Shown here piece after piece: positions 8,382 through 17,297 of a stretch of 64,000 nt of DNA. The notes below the pieces were generated by a model, which worked only from the letters and a program-made list of their open reading frames with translations, was not told where the DNA came from and made no database searches. The stretch's first letter is position 1, and every line of letters begins with the position of its first letter. A program made the position numbers and the translations under genes. Source of the stretch: an uncultured Lachnospiraceae bacterium (GTDB lineage Bacteria > Bacillota > Clostridia > Oscillospirales > CAG-272); NCBI GenBank assembly GCA_964570105.1, contig CAZMWM010000001.1, positions 7,803 through 71,802 of the forward strand, given 5' to 3'.

Positions 8382-8798
8382 TTATTCCCCAAGCGCGGAG
8401 ATAAGCTCACTGTAGCTTCTCTCCATCTCGGCGGAGAACTCAAGTATATCGTCTGTCCACTGATCGAACAGCTCGTCAAACTCGTGATCCCAGCTGTCGA
8501 TTATCTCGATACGCTCCTCGCTTTCCTCGGGAGGACAACCTCCGGGAAACATAGCGTTAGCGCTCTCAATTATGGCGGCTACCTCGTCAAGCCCCGCGGT
8601 GTAAAGATCCTCCACCGAGTCCTCGGCGTAATAATAATCACCGTCCTCATAAAGGCGCATAAGCCCCTTCCCGTTTACGGCATCCATCACCTTTCGAAGA
8701 TTGTAGACGACGCGTTCTTCGTCTGTAAGCGACGCATAATCATCCTCAGCCTTCATCGCGATCTGCGACCAGATCTTATTGGTATTCATTTTATACAT
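8382..8798 (-). CDS. Small acidic hypothetical protein (possibly DUF4375/DMP19-like)
   Basis: A 138-aa, strongly acidic protein with natural-looking composition. The overlapping plus-strand ORF 8337-8831 looks like a shadow ORF. The family assignment is from memory of a loose pattern only. Confidence 0.55.
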   Translation of the reverse strand: MYKMNTNKIWSQIAMKAEDDYASLTDEERVVYNLRKVMDAVNGKGLMRLYEDGDYYYAEDSVEDLYTAGLDEVAAIIESANAMFPGGCPPEESEERIEIIDSWDHEFDELFDQWTDDILEFSAEMERSYSELISALGE

Positions 8799-8831
8799 AC
8801 CCCCTTGACATATCGTATAAATTATTTTTGA

Positions 8832-10217
8832 TCAAGCAAGCTCCGGCGTCACATTATTGCTCGCGGAGCTTCTTTTAAGCCTTTTGTAGACCACCACAAG
8901 CGTAACAGTGTGAAGTATTATCGTGATAAACCACGATATCGGATATGAGACATAGAGCACGAATTGAGTTTTGTTCGATGCAAAAACGGTGAGTATCCAC
9001 GCCGAGCGAAATATACAGGCACCGAACACCGACGAGAGCATCGGCACGAACGAATTTCCCATTCCGCGAAGCTGACCTACCAAAACCTCCATTATGCCGC
9101 ACATAAAATATCCGGGAAGTATCATCTGCATCCTATACACGGCGGCATCGATTATAGCCGCATTTTCATCGTATATGCTCGCAAGCTGTCTGCCGAGCGC
9201 AAGCTCGCCAAAGCCGAATATAAGCCCGACCGCGGTCACTTGAATCAACGAATAGAGAAGTATACGGTTTAGACGGTGATACTTCTTTGCCCCGTAATTT
9301 TGCCCGGAGAACGCAAGCGTCGCGTGATGAAAGCTGTTCATAACGGTATACGTGAAGCCTTCAAGATTTGAGCCGACCGTGTTTCCGGCTATCACCTCAT
9401 TCGGAAATACGTTGACTGCGGACTGTATCAGAACATTAGAGATAGAAAACATACACCCTTGGATACCGGACGGAAGCCCTACTCTCATTATCTTCAGAGC
9501 CATCCCCTTCTCTATTCTGAGACGCTTGGGGTTGAAACGTATGCAGTCATCCGTTCTTATCAGGATACAAAGGATAGCTATCGCCGAAACATACTGAGAT
9601 ATGATCGTCGCAAGCGCAACGCCGGCAACATCCATCTCAAACACTATCACGAAAAACAGATTAAGAAGCACATTGATCACCCCGGCGCTCGAAAGAATGA
9701 TCAGCGGACGCTTGGTATCCCCCGTCGCTCGGACTATCGAAGAGCCGAAATTATATATCACGCTCGCAGGAACACCCAAAAAGCATATCTTCATATAGAG
9801 CGTGGCTTTTCCTATAACGTCATCGGGCGAGCCCATAAGACCGAGAAAATACCGTGCACCGAAAAATCCGATAGCCGCGAAAAATATGCCGCCCACCAAG
9901 CTTATCGCCATAGACGTATGTACCGCGTTGTCGACGTCCCGTTTGTTTTTCGCCCCGTAAGCCTGCGCCACCACGACCGAGGTACCTGCTGACAACCCCA
10001 ATATAAGATTGAGTATCAGGTTGGTAAGCGAGCCTGTAGAGCCGACGGCGGCGATGGATGTCGTCGAATCCGCACTAAAGCGCCCGACAACGACAGTATC
10101 CGCGGCATTATAAAGCAATTGAAGTATCCCCGTCAGCATCATCGGGAGCGAATAAAGAAATATTCGTGAAAACAGAGGACCTTCCGTAAGATCCTTACTT
10201 TTGACCGTAGCAGTCAT
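8832..10217 (-). CDS. MATE family efflux transporter
   Basis: 461 aa with about 12 TM segments. The N-terminus has the GPLFSRIFLYSLPMMLTGILQLLYNAADTVVVG pattern typical of MATE/NorM. Confidence 0.85.
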   Translation of the reverse strand: MTATVKSKDLTEGPLFSRIFLYSLPMMLTGILQLLYNAADTVVVGRFSADSTTSIAAVGSTGSLTNLILNLILGLSAGTSVVVAQAYGAKNKRDVDNAVHTSMAISLVGGIFFAAIGFFGARYFLGLMGSPDDVIGKATLYMKICFLGVPASVIYNFGSSIVRATGDTKRPLIILSSAGVINVLLNLFFVIVFEMDVAGVALATIISQYVSAIAILCILIRTDDCIRFNPKRLRIEKGMALKIMRVGLPSGIQGCMFSISNVLIQSAVNVFPNEVIAGNTVGSNLEGFTYTVMNSFHHATLAFSGQNYGAKKYHRLNRILLYSLIQVTAVGLIFGFGELALGRQLASIYDENAAIIDAAVYRMQMILPGYFMCGIMEVLVGQLRGMGNSFVPMLSSVFGACIFRSAWILTVFASNKTQFVLYVSYPISWFITIILHTVTLVVVYKRLKRSSASNNVTPELA

Positions 10218-10309
10218 AACACACCATCCAAAAGCCCGTAAGGCGCGAATTTTCCAGAAATATGATATTTAAGCATAAAACGCATTCAACATATATACCA
10301 CGCCTATTC

Positions 10310-10337
10310 ATTATACAGTATTTTATATTTTTGTCAA
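10310..10337 (-). promoter_or_regulatory. Sigma70-type promoter for the MATE gene
   Basis: The minus strand reads TTGACA, a 16-nt spacer, then TATAAT. The -10 lies at plus 10310-10315 and the -35 at 10332-10337. Confidence 0.5.
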
Positions 10338-10396
10338 TAGGTTTAAACTGATAATCGGCATTTTTTTGATTTTTTCTCCATTTTCCCGAAAAGCTA

Positions 10397-10425
10397 TTGA
10401 AAAAAGCAGAGCTTTATGATATACT
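10397..10425 (+). promoter_or_regulatory. Sigma70-type promoter for the esterase operon
   Basis: TTGAAA (10397-10402), a 17-nt spacer, then TATACT (10420-10425). Confidence 0.4.
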
Positions 10426-10506
10426 TTGGTATGGATAAGAGCGCGGATTAACGCTCACTGCTCGCTCCAAATAAACATATATTCTCGGAAAGGACATCAA
10501 CAAACC

Positions 10507-11322
10507 ATGAACGCTCAAAAGGTATTTTTGCGCAATTCCCCGTGCGAGATATCGCTCACTCCGGTGCTTTGCGATCCGCGAGTCGGAACGCGGGACGCCA
10601 TTCTCGTGATCCCCGGCGGAGGTTACAGCGTCATATGCGACGACCGCGAGGGCTTCCCCATAGCGATGGCATTTGCCGCAAGAGGTATGAATGCATTCGT
10701 GCTGAAATATTCCGTTGGAAAAGAAGCCGCGGAGCATCAGCCGCTCGTGGACGCCTCACTCGCCATGGCTTACATACGGAGCCACAGTGCCGAATATTCC
10801 ATCGATCCGGAAAGGATAGCCACGGTCGGATTTTCCGCGGGCGGTCATCTTTCAGGCTCGCTTGGCTGTCTTTGGCATCTGCCCGATATCGAAAAACGCT
10901 CAGGGATAGCTCACGGAGAAAACCGCCCGATCGCCACCGTTATGGGATACCCCGTAGTAAGCGCGATAGACCATCCCCATTCGGGATCGTTTTACAATAT
11001 TCTCGGCACGAGCGAGCCGAGCCGCGAGGAGCTTGAAAGATATTCGCTCGAAAAGCACGTGGACGCTCTCACAGCCCCTGCATTTCTGTTCCACACAGCC
11101 GCGGACACCTGCGTTCCCGTACAGAACTCGCTTGCATATTGCCGTGCGCTCGCTGATGAGAAGATACCGTTCGAGCTTCATATATACCCGACCGGAGAAC
11201 ACGGCATCGCGCTCGCTAACTGCGTAACGGACCGCGGAGGCGAGGATCGCCCCGAGGTTGCCCGTTGGGTGGACGACGCTATAAGATTTATCCGCTCCAT
11301 CCCCTCAAAACAGACCGTTTAA
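10507..11322 (+). CDS. Alpha/beta-hydrolase esterase (acetyl esterase/lipase-like)
   Basis: Has the GFSAGGH nucleophile elbow (GxSxG), an upstream VIPGGGY oxyanion region and a C-terminal His context (GEHGI). ATG 10507 is preferred over the track's start at 10426. Confidence 0.8.
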   Translation: MNAQKVFLRNSPCEISLTPVLCDPRVGTRDAILVIPGGGYSVICDDREGFPIAMAFAARGMNAFVLKYSVGKEAAEHQPLVDASLAMAYIRSHSAEYSIDPERIATVGFSAGGHLSGSLGCLWHLPDIEKRSGIAHGENRPIATVMGYPVVSAIDHPHSGSFYNILGTSEPSREELERYSLEKHVDALTAPAFLFHTAADTCVPVQNSLAYCRALADEKIPFELHIYPTGEHGIALANCVTDRGGEDRPEVARWVDDAIRFIRSIPSKQTV

Positions 11323-11345
11323 GCTCTCGAAAAGGAGGTACCGAT

Positions 11346-12374
11346 ATGTCGGAGACAGTCAACGAATACGAGTTTCACAAGCTTCCCTCTCAGCCCTTTG
11401 CCATACACGGACTGTATGCACCAGAGCTTGGATCTCCCTTCAAGCGTTTACCGGACGACGTAGCCCAAGCTACAAGCAACGGAGTTTTCGGACTTAGAAA
11501 AAACACAGCCGGCGGACGCGTAAGATTTGAGACGGACTCGGAATATATCTGCGTAAAGCTCAAGGGAGCGCCTACGTATTTTGACCATATGACGCTTCTC
11601 ACGAGCCACGGATGCGATCTCTACCGCGAAAACGAATACGGAGAACAGAGCTTTGTCGGTCGCTTCGCAATTCCACTTCAAAGCAAAGGGGATTATATCT
11701 CAAACAGGCTCTCCCTCGGCGGCGGCAAAAAGTATCTTGTTATCAATATGCCGCTGTACGGAAACGTCGACGAGCTGTCCGTGGGGCTTGCCCCGGGAGC
11801 GACCGTCGGGGCGCCCCTTCCGTACCGTCACACGGAGCCGATAGTTTTCTACGGCTCGTCGATAACACAGGGCGGTTGCGCTTCAAGACCGGGACTGTGC
11901 TATGAAAACCATATCAGCCGCGAGCTTAAGACGGATTATATCAACCTTGGATTTTCCGGGAACGCACGCGGAGAGGAAGCTATTGTAAATTATATGGCTT
12001 CGCTCGATATGTGTGCATTCGTTTCCGACTACGACCACAACGCGCCATCCCCCGGACATCTTGAGAGCACGCATTTCAAAATGTACGAAACCGTCCGCTC
12101 CGCGCACCCGAGCATTCCGTACGTAATGATAAGCCGCCCGGATATACTGCTTAGAGATCAAGACGCGGTAAAACGCCGAGCTATCGTTATGGAAAGCTAC
12201 TTAAAGGCGCTGAACTCGGGCGATAAAAATGTATATTTCATAGACGGATATTCATTGTTCGAAGGCGGAGACCGAGACTTCTGCACGGTCGACGGATGTC
12301 ACCCCACAGACGTCGGATTTTTGCGTATGGGCAAGGTCATCGGAGACGTCCTGCGCACCGCACTCAAATACTGA
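11346..12374 (+). CDS. SGNH/GDSL hydrolase with N-terminal accessory domain (carbohydrate esterase-like)
   Basis: Block I is FYGSSITQG and block V is DGCHPTD (DxxH). An RBS (aaggaggt) precedes ATG 11346. Confidence 0.8.
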   Translation: MSETVNEYEFHKLPSQPFAIHGLYAPELGSPFKRLPDDVAQATSNGVFGLRKNTAGGRVRFETDSEYICVKLKGAPTYFDHMTLLTSHGCDLYRENEYGEQSFVGRFAIPLQSKGDYISNRLSLGGGKKYLVINMPLYGNVDELSVGLAPGATVGAPLPYRHTEPIVFYGSSITQGGCASRPGLCYENHISRELKTDYINLGFSGNARGEEAIVNYMASLDMCAFVSDYDHNAPSPGHLESTHFKMYETVRSAHPSIPYVMISRPDILLRDQDAVKRRAIVMESYLKALNSGDKNVYFIDGYSLFEGGDRDFCTVDGCHPTDVGFLRMGKVIGDVLRTALKY

Positions 12375-12411
12375 AACGCGGTAATTTTCCGAAAAAACGA
12401 GGTAAAAACCG

Positions 12412-13092
12412 ATGAATAAGCATATCGAAGAAGTGGTAAGACAAAAAATAGAACGCACCGCCACAGCACTCAAGAAGCACGGCTTTGAGGTCTACAGAGC
12501 GGAGGACAGATGGGGTGCCGCGGATATAGTCGAAGGACTGCTTGAAAAGGGCTGTACGATCGGCGTCGGCGGCTCCGCAACGCTCGACGAATGCAGTATA
12601 CTTGAGCTTGTGCGCAGACCGGAATACCGTTTTATAGACCGCTATGAGCCGGGACTCACGCGAGAAGCCGTCAACCGCCGCAACATAGAAGCGTTGGGTG
12701 CGGACGTATATATCACCGGCTCGAACGCCGTTACCGAGGACGGATTTCTTTACAACGTGGACGGAAACGGAAACCGCGTAGCCGCCATCGCCTTCGGACC
12801 TGCGAGCGTTATAGTGATCGTGGGAAGCAATAAGATCGTGCGCGATCTCAACGAAGCGATATTGCGCGTAAAATCAACCGCTGCACCCGCAAACAGCAAA
12901 CGCCTTTCGTGCGAAACGTACTGTGCCTCGGAAGGCAGATGCGCTTCGCTCGCAGATCCGCTGAAGGCACCGATGCTCGGTCAAGGCTGTAGCTCCGATA
13001 CACGCATATGCTGTGACTATCTGATATCCGGTCCTCAGCGTAACCGCGGACGGATAAAGGTAGTTATCGTTGAGGAGCCGCTCGGCTTTTAA
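12412..13092 (+). CDS. LUD-domain (LutC/YkgG-like, DUF162) protein
   Basis: Carries the GVGGSATL and ITGSNAVTEDG patterns typical of lactate-utilisation LUD domains. The C-terminus is Cys-rich. Confidence 0.65.
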   Translation: MNKHIEEVVRQKIERTATALKKHGFEVYRAEDRWGAADIVEGLLEKGCTIGVGGSATLDECSILELVRRPEYRFIDRYEPGLTREAVNRRNIEALGADVYITGSNAVTEDGFLYNVDGNGNRVAAIAFGPASVIVIVGSNKIVRDLNEAILRVKSTAAPANSKRLSCETYCASEGRCASLADPLKAPMLGQGCSSDTRICCDYLISGPQRNRGRIKVVIVEEPLGF

Positions 13093-13149
13093 GCTATCCC
13101 TCTCGCGCCGTCAAAGCTGCGGCTCTGCTCTAAAATGCCGTTATAGCAA

Positions 13150-13195
13150 GCGTGACTGCTTCGGATATTACGTCCGAGGCAGTCACGCATTTTTC
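13150..13195 (+). terminator. Rho-independent terminator
   Basis: A 16-bp stem, gcgtgactgcttcgga with tccgaggcagtcacgc (one G-U pair), followed by a ttttt run. Confidence 0.65.
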
Positions 13196-13210
13196 GTTAC
13201 AGATAACGGC

Positions 13211-15394
13211 TCACTTGGTATATCCTTGGAGATACGACTTGTAATCGCCCCAGAAATAGTTGCCGACGTATTCGACGTAATATTCACCGTTTACGTATAT
13301 CTTCAGATCATCGTTACCCTCGCCCACGGCAAGTTCTGCGTCCATATCGTTGGGCACGCTTATATCACCCGGATGCTTTGACAGCGGAACATATACGCCC
13401 GTCAGCTTTTTCGCTCCCGAGAACGCACCCGCCTCGATACTGCCGATGTTTTCCCCAAGATAGATCGTCTCAACAGACGAGTCACTGAAAGCGCCCTTCG
13501 ACAGTATAACGACGGGATAGCTGTTTCCGTCATTTGGATCCACGACGTTATCCGGTATCCTAAGCACGGTCTGCGTCTTTCCGGCATCATTCAGTCCGAT
13601 GACGCTCCACATTATATCGCCGTTTTTATTCACCACCAGTTCAAGCTGTAGATACAAGTTTTCTTCCGCATCACCGGATGAGATGATAGGGGCAAAGCCG
13701 GACGGTCCCGGAAGCTCCTTTGCGGACACCGTGACCGACGTATCGCCACGCTCACGCTTGATATCGTCTATCAAATGCACCGTCCTGACGGTAACGCCGC
13801 TGTCATTGAGATGAAATTCCGAGTCAAAGAAGTACCCTTCATCCATAATATAGTCGTTTATATTGCTTATGACCTTGCAATCCAGATACTTGCAAAGATT
13901 TTTGTAAAAGCTGTAGATATTATCCTCCGTGCAGGATGCCGTCATCGCCATCTCGTTCATCGGAGCAAAGCTGAAGTACACCGTGGCACCTTGCTTCTCG
14001 CACCACGCCGTATAATCATTCACGTAGCTTATAAACTGCTCATATTCGCTCGTTATACTGTCATCCGGTCTCACTCTGAAATCAAGCGATATGGTCTTTG
14101 CGGTGGAGGATGTGATGTTGTACTTACGCTCGTACGTATTATCACCGTATTCGTTAAACCACCGTTTTTCGTACGCTCCGCTGTTCGTTGGACGTTCACC
14201 CGAACACAGGTATTTCAGCTTTTCCGCGGAAAATTGCCACAGCGCTCCTATCAGAGCCTCGTAATCGTCGCTATCAACATTATTTAGCATCCGCCAATTT
14301 CCATCCATCGCTTGAAGAGCTGTCTCGGCGTTGAAATACAGCGACAGCGTTTGCGAATTAAGCTCCGGAGCTAAGATCACGATATCGCCCTTGTTTATGT
14401 TGACCTTGGAAAGATCCATCATAAGCTTGGTACCGAGATTCGCGTAAAGTCCGAAATCCACGACCTTCATTCCAAGCTCTTCTTCTATCATTTCACTGTC
14501 AAGACCGAAAGGCACCGAGCTACCACCAACGACTACTATCTTCGGCGCATTGACCGTTTCAAGACGCTCGTATTTATCTGCCAAAACTCCGACGAACGTC
14601 TCGTCGTAAACGGCAGGAAGCGCGAAGGATATAACGCACACCACCGTTATAGGCAGGATAAATATTGCAAACAACGCGGCAAACACCCCATAAAACCACT
14701 TCGGAGAGCGGTGTGCGTTTTTCGCTCTTAGGAGTGCCTCGTCCTCCAAACGCTTTCTCTCCGCTTCTGCGGCTGCCTCATTTGCGAGCATTTCCTCAAG
14801 CATGCGACGTTTTTCCTCGTCGGCTCTCAGCGCCTCTTCCCTCTCCGCCGCGGCTATCTCAGCCGACCGATCTATACGCCGTCTGTCCTTCGTCGGATCC
14901 CATTCTTCTATCACACGGTATCCGGCAACGGTCTCAACGTCGACATCACTGCGTAACAGGTTTTCCGCGACGACCTTTTTTATCTCCGCACTCAGCGGAT
15001 CATTTTCATCTATTTTGAAAAATTCTTCGTTGAACACCTCGCACAGCTTGTCAAGCGCTTGAAAACAATCCCTCACCGCCAACGGAGCGGTCACGATGAG
15101 CAGTCTGTAAACGACGTAACGCGCGGGCGAAACGTACACAAACAGGCGATCCTTCGTACACGCGCGGTTCCAGCGCCGTATCACACCGAGCATCCAGAAT
15201 ATATAATACAGCCCGAGAGTAAGCACGCTGAGCACGGCTTCCTTTCCGCCGAAGCGCGTGTGCTCGCCGTCACCCCAACAAGCGACCTCGGTATCCCTCG
15301 CAATATCCCCGGCGGCAAAAACGCCGTACAAGCCGAGCGTTATAACGTTCAAAAGCACGTGTTTGAAAACGGATCTTCTTTCTTCAAGAAGCAT
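13211..15394 (-). CDS. Multidomain membrane protein: DUF4234-like 2-TM N-terminus, charged coiled coil, TM anchor, SGNH/DltD-like domain, BspA-type LRR
   Basis: The N-terminal LNVITLGLYGVF / LSVLTLGLYYIFW pair is DUF4234-like. Aa ~175-225 are E/R/K/A-rich. A TM helix spans aa ~232-260. The GGSS block lies at aa 290-293 and FDSEFH at aa 523-528. The C-terminal KGAFSDSSVETIYLGENIGSIEAGAFSGAKKL matches an LRR_5-like pattern. Confidence 0.75.
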   Translation of the reverse strand: MLLEERRSVFKHVLLNVITLGLYGVFAAGDIARDTEVACWGDGEHTRFGGKEAVLSVLTLGLYYIFWMLGVIRRWNRACTKDRLFVYVSPARYVVYRLLIVTAPLAVRDCFQALDKLCEVFNEEFFKIDENDPLSAEIKKVVAENLLRSDVDVETVAGYRVIEEWDPTKDRRRIDRSAEIAAAEREEALRADEEKRRMLEEMLANEAAAEAERKRLEDEALLRAKNAHRSPKWFYGVFAALFAIFILPITVVCVISFALPAVYDETFVGVLADKYERLETVNAPKIVVVGGSSVPFGLDSEMIEEELGMKVVDFGLYANLGTKLMMDLSKVNINKGDIVILAPELNSQTLSLYFNAETALQAMDGNWRMLNNVDSDDYEALIGALWQFSAEKLKYLCSGERPTNSGAYEKRWFNEYGDNTYERKYNITSSTAKTISLDFRVRPDDSITSEYEQFISYVNDYTAWCEKQGATVYFSFAPMNEMAMTASCTEDNIYSFYKNLCKYLDCKVISNINDYIMDEGYFFDSEFHLNDSGVTVRTVHLIDDIKRERGDTSVTVSAKELPGPSGFAPIISSGDAEENLYLQLELVVNKNGDIMWSVIGLNDAGKTQTVLRIPDNVVDPNDGNSYPVVILSKGAFSDSSVETIYLGENIGSIEAGAFSGAKKLTGVYVPLSKHPGDISVPNDMDAELAVGEGNDDLKIYVNGEYYVEYVGNYFWGDYKSYLQGYTK

Positions 15395-15429
15395 AGCTTA
15401 GATTCCTTTCTTCAAGCCGTAGCAAGATA

Positions 15430-16917
15430 TCAGAATTGGAAGTATATGAACGAGCTTGCGACGTCGGATGATAACAGTATCAACCAAGCGGCGGCAATAG
15501 ACCAGCAAACGCAAACACACGCCGAAGCTCTTGAAGGATCGAGGAGCGTTTCCGAGCCGTCCATATCCGGAACGGTGTTTATCTGCGTATCGAGTGCTCG
15601 TAAAAGTATAACGGAAAGCACCGTCGTGATAAGACCGATCGCATCCATTCCGATAGCGCCAAAAGCCGCACCGAACGAAAAGTTGCCCCAGCCGGTAAAT
15701 ACCGTGGTAAACAGCACCTTGAGATCGTACATACTGTTTGCGCGGAATATCATGAAAGCAAGGCTCACAAGCGCGAACGTCCCTATTCTTCTCAGCCAAG
15801 TCATCACCGCACCGTTTTCGTTTACCCCCATCCTCGCGAGCAGACGCGATCTCGGCTCTGACGTAAGCTTACCGACTATTTGATACACTCCGTGAACGAC
15901 GCCCCAAAGCACGTACGTCCACGCCGCACCGTGCCAAAATCCGGACACCAAAAACACTATCATTATGTTTCTGAAATGCTTTGCCCTCGAGCAACGCGAG
16001 CCACCGAGAGGTATGTATATGTAATCCGTAAACCAAGACGTGAGCGAGATGTGCCAACGTCTCCAAAAGTCCTTTATGCTCGTGGCGGAAAAGGGATCGT
16101 TGAAATTCTGCATCAGCCTTATTCCCATCACCCTCGAGCAACCTATCGCGATATCGGTATATCCCGAAAAATCGCAATATATCTGTATTGTGAACATCAC
16201 CGTGGCAAGTATGACCGTAAATCCGTTTACCAGCTCCGAGTTTACCGTATCGGCGTTATTGTAAACTATATCGACGTACTTCGACAGCTGATCTGCGACC
16301 GCTATCTTTTTGAAAAATCCGACCATCATAAACTTCAGACCGACTATCGTATCATTGACGTTGAACGGATTTTTCGTTTTCAGCTGCGGAAGCAGGTTTT
16401 CCGGGCGCTCTATAGGACCGGCGACCAGTTGCGGAAAAAATGAAACGTAGAGCGCGTAATATCCAAAATGACTCTCAGCCTTGATGCTTCCTCGGTAAAC
16501 GTCGATAACGTACGAAAGCGTCTGAAAGGTGTAAAAGGATATTCCCACGGGAAGGATAAGCTCAAGCGTCATATCCGGAGCCGAAATTCCGATCAAGTTC
16601 AACAAGTCCGAAACGCTTTCGGCAAGAAAATTGAAATACTTGAAGAAGAACAGGACAGCAAGGCTCGCGATCACCGCGACCAGCATAAAGAATTTCTGTT
16701 TTTTCCGCTCTCCTTCGTATTTTTCTATCATAAGAGCGCAGAGGTACGACACCGCGGTCGTAAATCCTATCAGATATATAAGATCCGCTTGCCAGCTCAT
16801 ATAAAACATCAAGCTGACCGCAAGCAACATCACCCACCGCGCCTTGAGCGGCAGTATCCTGTATAAGAGCAAGACTATCGGGAAATACAGCAGAAACGCA
16901 AAAGAATTGAATACCAT
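15430..16917 (-). CDS. MBOAT family O-acyltransferase (AlgI/DltB/PatA-like)
   Basis: A polytopic 495-aa protein with the hallmark FWRRWHISLTSWFTDYIYIPLGGS His motif. Confidence 0.9.
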   Translation of the reverse strand: MVFNSFAFLLYFPIVLLLYRILPLKARWVMLLAVSLMFYMSWQADLIYLIGFTTAVSYLCALMIEKYEGERKKQKFFMLVAVIASLAVLFFFKYFNFLAESVSDLLNLIGISAPDMTLELILPVGISFYTFQTLSYVIDVYRGSIKAESHFGYYALYVSFFPQLVAGPIERPENLLPQLKTKNPFNVNDTIVGLKFMMVGFFKKIAVADQLSKYVDIVYNNADTVNSELVNGFTVILATVMFTIQIYCDFSGYTDIAIGCSRVMGIRLMQNFNDPFSATSIKDFWRRWHISLTSWFTDYIYIPLGGSRCSRAKHFRNIMIVFLVSGFWHGAAWTYVLWGVVHGVYQIVGKLTSEPRSRLLARMGVNENGAVMTWLRRIGTFALVSLAFMIFRANSMYDLKVLFTTVFTGWGNFSFGAAFGAIGMDAIGLITTVLSVILLRALDTQINTVPDMDGSETLLDPSRASACVCVCWSIAAAWLILLSSDVASSFIYFQF

Positions 16918-16959
16918 AAAAGCCGAATACGCTCCCTTCGTTCCTTTATATCACTCACA

Positions 16960-17277
16960 TCACTTTTTATACTTTTTCCGGATACCCGTCGCGACCATGG
17001 CGGAGGTAGCTGACATCAACAGCGCAAGAAACAGCTCCTCAGGCTCTACCGCGCTCAGAAGAGCACAGCAGAACACGGCAAGGTGCAATACACCGTTTAC
17101 GATACACGTTATCCAAACGCCCTTTCTCACCTTTTCCGAGGACGTATCGAACGTGGCGTCGCGTCCGCCGCAAATCATAGGAAGTAGCACACCGACAAAA
17201 TGCAGTATCACGATGATGCCCGACGCAACGTACATCCCAACGCGAGAAAATATAAGCTCTATCACTGTCATCTTCAC
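16960..17277 (-). CDS. Small integral membrane protein (3-4 TM), function unknown
   Basis: A 105-aa hydrophobic ORF packed between the MBOAT gene and the lipoprotein gene on the same strand. Confidence 0.55.
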   Translation of the reverse strand: MKMTVIELIFSRVGMYVASGIIVILHFVGVLLPMICGGRDATFDTSSEKVRKGVWITCIVNGVLHLAVFCCALLSAVEPEELFLALLMSATSAMVATGIRKKYKK

Positions 17278-17297
17278 TCCGTTCCTTTGACCTGATC

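Noticed and set aside
8337-8831. 164-aa plus-strand ORF overlapping the small acidic protein gene
   Set aside because: It starts inside the bidirectional terminator hairpin and translates to low-information hydrophobic/basic sequence. The minus-strand frame is more protein-like and fits the operon layout.
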